A program made the position numbers and the translations under genes. Positions 58,937 to 64,000 of a stretch of 64,000 bases of DNA are shown in pieces. The stretch is from Candidatus Magasanikiibacteriota bacterium. GTDB lineage: Bacteria > Patescibacteriota > Patescibacteriia > Magasanikbacterales > GWA2-37-8. The stretch is taken from the NCBI GenBank assembly GCA_963840935.1, contig CAWJAS010000001.1, positions 512,875-576,874 of the forward strand, given 5' to 3'. The notes beneath the pieces are model-generated. The model saw only the letters and a program-made list of their open reading frames with translations, was not told the DNA's origin and ran no database searches. Each line of letters starts with the position of its first letter. The stretch's first letter is position 1.

Positions 58937-60412
58937 TTAAGACAATTTCTTTATTGCTGAATTGATTCTGCTCAAAACTTCTTTTTGGCCCAATACTTCT
59001 GCTATTTCAAACGGTCCCGGTGAATTTTCTTGCCCGGAAAGCGCCACGCGCAATGGCCAAAGAACCACTCCATTTGAATAACCGCTATTCTTAATCCACT
59101 CCCCCACTCTTTCTTGCAAATATTGACTATCCCATGATTGAACACTAATTGTGTTCAGTAACTCAATTAATTCTGACAGCACTTTTTTTGCTTCATCAAC
59201 CGAACTTTTCTTCCAAACAAGTAAGGTGGAATCATACTCCGGCAAATCAAAAACAAATTTCACCGCTTGTGGTAATTCGGCCAAAGTGGTTATTCTTTCA
59301 CGTTCAAGCGAAATCGCGCCCACTAATTTTTCTTTTTCTGTATTCACGCCAACTCCCTCTTCGTCAAAAAATATTTTAGATAATTCAAATATTTTTTCAT
59401 CAGACAGGCGCTTAATATATTCCTTATTGTACCAATCGAGCTTTTGTTGGTTAAAGACGGCTCCTGATTTACCCACATTCTGCAAACTAAATTCATTTAT
59501 CAATTCTTCCAATGTAAATAATTCACGCTCTCCACCCGGATTCCAACCCAAAAAGGCAATGAAATTTATTAAAGCTTCTTTAAGATACCCTTTTTTTATG
59601 TAATCCTCGACCGCCACATCACCTTGTCTTTTACTCAATTTTGATTTATCAGGATTTAAAATTAAAGGCAAATGAGCCATTCTTGGCACATCCCAGCCAA
59701 AATATTCATAAAGCATCAGATGTTTTGGCACGCTCGGCAACCACTCCTCACCGCGAATAATATCAGTAATCCCCATATAATGGTCGTCAATCACAACCGC
59801 CAAATGATAGGTTGGAAAACCGTCTGACTTAACAATCACTTGGTCGTCCACTAGTTCATTTTTAATTTTAACTTCCCCTCGAATAAGGTCGTTAAACACC
59901 GTTTCACCGGTTTTAGGCATTTTCATGCGTATTGTGTGTTTCTCTCCATTTTCAACCCTTTTTTGAGCTTCTACAGGGTCCAGGTCGCGACAATGGCCAT
60001 CATATCCGGTCGGTAATTTGCTCAATTGGCGCGATTCGCGTATTTCATCCAAACGTTCCGGCGTACAAAAACAATAATATGCCTTGCCGGCATCTACAAG
60101 TTCACGAGCGTGTTTTTTGTAAATTTCCAATCTCTCCGATTGAATATATGAACCTCCGCAATCTCCCGTTTGTGACAATTGATTATTTTTATCAAAAACA
60201 ACTCCTTCGTCGGGAATAATTCCCGCCCAATAAAGCGTTTTGAGTAAATTTTCCATTGCGCCATCAACAAGACGTTTTTGGTCGGTGTCTTCAATACGCA
60301 ACACAAACTTGCCATTACTTTTTTTGGCAACGCAATATGCGTACAGTGCCGTCCGCAAACCGCCCACATGCAAATATCCTGTTGGTGATGGAGCAAAACG
60401 AGTTCGAATCAT
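58937..60412 (-). CDS. gltX: glutamyl-tRNA synthetase
   Basis: RFAPSPTGYLHVGG (HIGH), KLSKRQG (KMSKS). Confidence 0.9.
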   Translation of the reverse strand: MIRTRFAPSPTGYLHVGGLRTALYAYCVAKKSNGKFVLRIEDTDQKRLVDGAMENLLKTLYWAGIIPDEGVVFDKNNQLSQTGDCGGSYIQSERLEIYKKHARELVDAGKAYYCFCTPERLDEIRESRQLSKLPTGYDGHCRDLDPVEAQKRVENGEKHTIRMKMPKTGETVFNDLIRGEVKIKNELVDDQVIVKSDGFPTYHLAVVIDDHYMGITDIIRGEEWLPSVPKHLMLYEYFGWDVPRMAHLPLILNPDKSKLSKRQGDVAVEDYIKKGYLKEALINFIAFLGWNPGGERELFTLEELINEFSLQNVGKSGAVFNQQKLDWYNKEYIKRLSDEKIFELSKIFFDEEGVGVNTEKEKLVGAISLERERITTLAELPQAVKFVFDLPEYDSTLLVWKKSSVDEAKKVLSELIELLNTISVQSWDSQYLQERVGEWIKNSGYSNGVVLWPLRVALSGQENSPGPFEIAEVLGQKEVLSRINSAIKKLS

Positions 60413-60423
60413 AAATAAATAAA

Positions 60424-61176
60424 TTATTGTATTTTTTCTTTAATTGCCAAAATACTAAAAATTAATACGGCGTTCACAATTCTCAAAAATCTTTTTGGCT
60501 GTTTAAATAATCTATACAGCCATTCTAAACCGATTTTGCGCATTGAGCAAGGCGCCCTCTGAACCAAGCCGGAAATAAAATCAAAAGACCCGCCAACACC
60601 AACGGCAATTTTAACCGACGGCATTTTATGCAAATTTTTGTCAATCCATTTTTCCTGCTTACCCATGCCAAAAGCGACAAATAATATATCGGGCGATGCT
60701 TTAATAATGTTTTGCAAAGTCTCACTCCCCTCTTCACTGATAATTTTTGACTCGTGAATATCGGGCCCCTTGTCAAATCCAGCAATAATAATTTTTGGAA
60801 ATTTTTCTCGCAATTTATCAATTGTTTTTGCCACCACAAAATCACTGCCCGAACCCAACAGATAAATGCTTCTCCCCTCTTTTTCCGCTAAATGACAAAG
60901 TTCGAGCATAAAATCCACACCCGAAAAACGCGGAGCGCCGGAAAACAAACTTAAACCAAAACCATCGCACAAATTTATATCAGAGCCATTAAGAATATTT
61001 TTGAAATCTTCATCTTTGTGCGCTTTAACCAGCATTTCCGGATTTGGCGTGTATATTTTAAAAGACTTATCAGAGCATAAAAAAAATTCGGCCTTTTCCA
61101 AGACTTCAGCCTTCGACAAATCATCCACTCGCACACCAAGCACCGTTTTATTCATAAATACATTGATTGACAGCAA
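60424..61176 (-). CDS. WecB/TagA/CpsF-family glycosyltransferase
   Basis: Family-typical length and motifs (..NPEMLVKA..DG.GL...S...R..G.D..). Confidence 0.7.
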   Translation of the reverse strand: MLSINVFMNKTVLGVRVDDLSKAEVLEKAEFFLCSDKSFKIYTPNPEMLVKAHKDEDFKNILNGSDINLCDGFGLSLFSGAPRFSGVDFMLELCHLAEKEGRSIYLLGSGSDFVVAKTIDKLREKFPKIIIAGFDKGPDIHESKIISEEGSETLQNIIKASPDILFVAFGMGKQEKWIDKNLHKMPSVKIAVGVGGSFDFISGLVQRAPCSMRKIGLEWLYRLFKQPKRFLRIVNAVLIFSILAIKEKIQ

Positions 61177-61250
61177 TGTTTAAAATAAATATAATAAGTA
61201 AAATTATACATATATTTTGTCATTTTGACAAATATTTATAAACGATTTTT

Positions 61251-61766
61251 ATGCAAAAAAAAGCAATGTTTTCGGCTATAATATTACCAGTGGCAATTAT
61301 TCTCATTTTTTCGGGATGCGGTAAAACCCCTATCAATCAAAGCACGAGTAAATCAAATGATTTGAACATTGCCCAAAATACCCTGCTTGCTTTTTTTGAC
61401 TCTTTAAAAAATGAAGAATTTGATAAGGCGGTGGAATTATTTGAACCGGTGGGATTAGACTCATGGGAATGGCTTGAAAATTTTAGTCCGGCCGAAGAAA
61501 GAAATAACAAGGCTTTGGTATTGAAAAACTATTGCCGAGCTACGGGCACTTGCCTTGAAGCAAATATTCTCAAGGTCGAGCAAAATAACGAAAACGAATT
61601 TATTTTATCTGTTGAATTTTTGCATGATGACGGGGAGGTATTTGTGCTCGGTCCGTGTTGTGGCGCCACAGAGGAAGAAATGCCTCCAGTAAGTAAATTT
61701 GACTTTCGTATTCACAAAAACGGCGATTTGTTTAAAGTATCCACTCCGCCTGTCTACGTTCCATAA
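61251..61766 (+). CDS. lipoprotein, function unknown
   Basis: Signal peptide with lipobox-like IFSGC. Confidence 0.5.
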   Translation: MQKKAMFSAIILPVAIILIFSGCGKTPINQSTSKSNDLNIAQNTLLAFFDSLKNEEFDKAVELFEPVGLDSWEWLENFSPAEERNNKALVLKNYCRATGTCLEANILKVEQNNENEFILSVEFLHDDGEVFVLGPCCGATEEEMPPVSKFDFRIHKNGDLFKVSTPPVYVP

Positions 61767-61768
61767 AA

Positions 61769-61800
61769 AAAGACCCCGGCATTTGTCGGGGTCTTTTTTT
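61769..61800. terminator. bidirectional rho-independent terminator
   Basis: aaaaaaagaccccg-gcatttgt-cggggtctttttttt. Confidence 0.75.
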
Positions 61801-61803
61801 TAT

Positions 61804-62502
61804 TTATTTTCCAAATCTTCTCTGGCGACAATTGAATTCTTCTATCGCTTTATCAAGTTCCGCTTCATCAAAATCCGGCCAATAAACTTTCGGAAAATAT
61901 AGTTCGCTGTATGCCGAATGCCAAGGCAGAAAACCCGACAATCTTTGTTCGCCGGAAGTGCGTATAATCAAATCCGGATCCGGTTGCCCGGCTAAATCCA
62001 AATTTTTTTCTATCAGTTCTTCGTTTATTAATTCCGGTGGAATTTTTTGGTCGGCAATTTTTTGCATCGCTCTCGTTAGCTCATCTCGTCCGCCGTAATT
62101 AAAAGCAAAATTCAAAATCAAAGCCTTATTTCCAAAAGTCTCTTTTTCTACCTGGTCAATCTTACTTAATACTTTTTCCGGAATACCAATTCGATTACCG
62201 ATCAATCTGAAACATATATTTTTTTCTTTCATTTCTGCGAGTTGTGAGTCAAGCCAATCAATAAATAAATCCATTAAATAATCGACTTCTTCTTTTGGAC
62301 GGTTATGATTTTCAGTTGAAAAAGCAAAGGCGGTGACAATTTTTACGCCAATATTGGCCGAGTAATTAACTACTCTTTTAAACATTTCCGCTCCTTTTTT
62401 ATGCCCCAAAATAACGGGCATCCCCTTTTCTTTTGCCCACCTGCGATTACCGTCCATTATAAAGGCAATATGGGTTGGAATAATTTGATTTTTGTTATTC
62501 AT
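61804..62502 (-). CDS. uppS: undecaprenyl diphosphate synthase
   Basis: HIAFIMDGNRRWAK, ALILNFAFNYGGRDEL cis-prenyltransferase motifs. Confidence 0.9.
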   Translation of the reverse strand: MNNKNQIIPTHIAFIMDGNRRWAKEKGMPVILGHKKGAEMFKRVVNYSANIGVKIVTAFAFSTENHNRPKEEVDYLMDLFIDWLDSQLAEMKEKNICFRLIGNRIGIPEKVLSKIDQVEKETFGNKALILNFAFNYGGRDELTRAMQKIADQKIPPELINEELIEKNLDLAGQPDPDLIIRTSGEQRLSGFLPWHSAYSELYFPKVYWPDFDEAELDKAIEEFNCRQRRFGK

Positions 62503-62555
62503 AGTTTCATCATATTATCAAATATTATTTAATTTGGCAACCCAAAAAAAGCATC

Positions 62556-62583
62556 TTGACACGCTATATAACTGTGGTATAGT
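62556..62583 (+). promoter_or_regulatory. sigma70-type promoter TTGACA-16-TATAGT upstream of clpB
   Basis: ttgaca 62556-62561, tatagt 62578-62583. Confidence 0.55.
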
Positions 62584-62585
62584 AT

Positions 62586-62610
62586 TATCACTCTCCATAC
62601 GAGAGTGATA
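62586..62610. promoter_or_regulatory. perfect inverted repeat tatcactctc-N5-gagagtgata overlapping transcription start (candidate heat-shock repressor operator)
   Basis: 10-bp arms, 5-nt spacer, starts 3 nt after -10. Confidence 0.45.
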
Positions 62611-62630
62611 AAAAGTAATAACTTCAATCT

Positions 62631-64000
62631 ATGATAAACCCTCAAAATTTTACGCAAAAATCGCAAGAAGCAATTCAATTAGCAAGCCAAATTGCCGCTG
62701 AAAACGGCCTACCTCAAATTGAGCCACCTCATTTATTTTTGGCCATGCTTCAGGACGAAGAAAACATTGTTGTTTCGGTGTTGCGCAAAATGAGCGTCAA
62801 TTTACCCTCTTTATTGGCCGAAATCGACGCATTAGTCAAGCGACTGCCAAAACAATTCGGAAGCTCGCCCATGGGCGCCGGAGGCCAAATAATGCTTTCC
62901 CCTCATGCCATGAATGTATTTCAAAATGCTTTGATTGAAGCAAAAAAAATGGGTGATGAATATATCAGCTTGGAACATTTATTACTCGCGTATTTGAGCA
63001 ATGTTAATCCGGTTAGCGATATATTATCAAAACAAAAAATTAATTATGATGAAACTCTAAAAGCTTTGGCCTCGATTCGAGGTACTCAAAAAGTTGACTC
63101 CCCCAACCCGGAGACAAAATATAACGCGCTGGAAAAGTACGGAAAAAATTTGACTGAACTCGCGCGTAAAGAAAAAATCGACCCTGTTATCGGCCGAGAT
63201 GATGAAATTCGTCGTGTGATGCAAATTTTATCAAGACGAACAAAAAATAATCCCGTTTTAATTGGGGAACCGGGCACCGGAAAAACCGCCATTGTGGAGG
63301 GTTTGGCGCAAAGAATTGTTAACGGAGATGTGCCTGAAATGTTACTTAATAAAGAAATAATCGGCTTGGACATTGGCGCTCTTCTTGCCGGAGCAAAATT
63401 TAGAGGAGAATTTGAAGAGCGTTTGAAAGCGGTATTAAAGGAAATCGATTCAGCAGCCGGAAAAATTATTTTATTTATTGATGAACTGCACACGATTATC
63501 GGCGCCGGCGCTTCGGAAGGCGCTATTGATGCCGCTAATATGCTCAAACCGATGCTCGCGCGCGGTGAACTGCACACAATCGGCGCCACTACCATAAAAG
63601 AATATCAAAAACATATCGAAAAAGACGCTGCTTTGGAAAGACGTTTTCAACCAGTGCTCGTGAACGAACCGTCAGAAAGCGACGCCATCGCCATACTTAG
63701 GGGTATCAAAGAAAAATATGAAGTTCATCACGGGGTTCGCATTACGGACTCGGCAATTGTGTCTGCCGTCAAATTATCCATGCGATATATTACAGACCGT
63801 TTCTTGCCGGACAAAGCGATTGATTTGATCGATGAATCCGCTTCCGCGCTTCGTCTTGAAATTGCCTCAATGCCCGACGAACTTGATAAATACAAAAGAA
63901 CGATGGTCAAATTAGAAATTGAAAAAAGAGCTTTGATGAATGAAAAAACAGCGGATGCAAAAGAGCACCTCAAAAAATTAGAAAAAGAATTGTCGGGAAT
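62631..64000 (+). CDS. clpB: ClpB-type AAA+ chaperone (3' end beyond window; absent from supplied ORF track because no stop inside window)
   Basis: Clp N-domain, Walker [16 protein letters not shown], Walker B ILFIDELH, start of M-domain coiled coil ([19 protein letters not shown]). Confidence 0.85.
   Translation, partial: MINPQNFTQKSQEAIQLASQIAAENGLPQIEPPHLFLAMLQDEENIVVSVLRKMSVNLPSLLAEIDALVKRLPKQFGSSPMGAGGQIMLSPHAMNVFQNALIEAKKMGDEYISLEHLLLAYLSNVNPVSDILSKQKINYDETLKALASIRGTQKVDSPNPETKYNALEKYGKNLTELARKEKIDPVIGRDDEIRRVMQILSRRTKNNPVLIGEPGTGKTAIVEGLAQRIVNGDVPEMLLNKEIIGLDIGALLAGAKFRGEFEERLKAVLKEIDSAAGKIILFIDELHTIIGAGASEGAIDAANMLKPMLARGELHTIGATTIKEYQKHIEKDAALERRFQPVLVNEPSESDAIAILRGIKEKYEVHHGVRITDSAIVSAVKLSMRYITDRFLPDKAIDLIDESASALRLEIASMPDELDKYKRTMVKLEIEKRALMNEKTADAKEHLKKLEKELSG

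Overview
This is an AT-rich, densely coded bacterial chromosome segment, almost all on the + strand. Gene content and style look like a reduced Patescibacteria/CPR-type genome, with many membrane and secreted proteins and weak Shine-Dalgarno (ribosome-binding) sites. The housekeeping backbone holds cell-envelope and division genes (a Mur-ligase, ftsB-like, ppiC-type foldase, ftsE/ftsX, an LCP-family gene, uppP, mreB/mreC/mreD plus PBP2, an ftsQ-like gene, a tagA-like gene, uppS, an M23 peptidase), a complete F1F0 ATP synthase operon (atpI-like, B, E, F, H, A, G, D, C), five aminoacyl-tRNA synthetases (proS, metG, lysS, serS, gltX), a minimal iscR-iscS-iscU-ferredoxin cluster with thiI, rsmI, tatD, greA, alr, xerC/D, a UvrD-type helicase-nuclease fusion, a 3'-truncated clpB, and tRNA-Gly, tRNA-Thr, tRNA-Gln and tRNA-Asn. 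The stretches that look accessory are described below. (1) The tRNA-Asn locus at about 8.4-9.2 kb is a rearrangement hot spot. A consensus promoter drives only a 5' tRNA fragment; a GIY-YIG cassette bracketed by a perfect 20-bp direct repeat sits 300 bp upstream of the intact tRNA; an 18-bp palindrome recurs three times; and two decayed tRNA 3'-end copies lie downstream. (2) A cell-surface gene island at 18.2-25.5 kb holds two paralogous WxL-like secreted proteins, a membrane-anchored protein with DUF916/DUF3324-like architecture, a dockerin-repeat protein, and a divergently oriented pair of large GC-richer surface proteins. (3) atpB is read in three frames, interrupted by two compensating frameshifts. 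(4) A DUF389-like membrane protein is split by one in-frame TAA. (5) An unannotated 37-codon basic ORF has a textbook promoter. (6) The clpB promoter overlaps a perfect inverted repeat. All calls rest on motif recognition by eye; no database search was possible.
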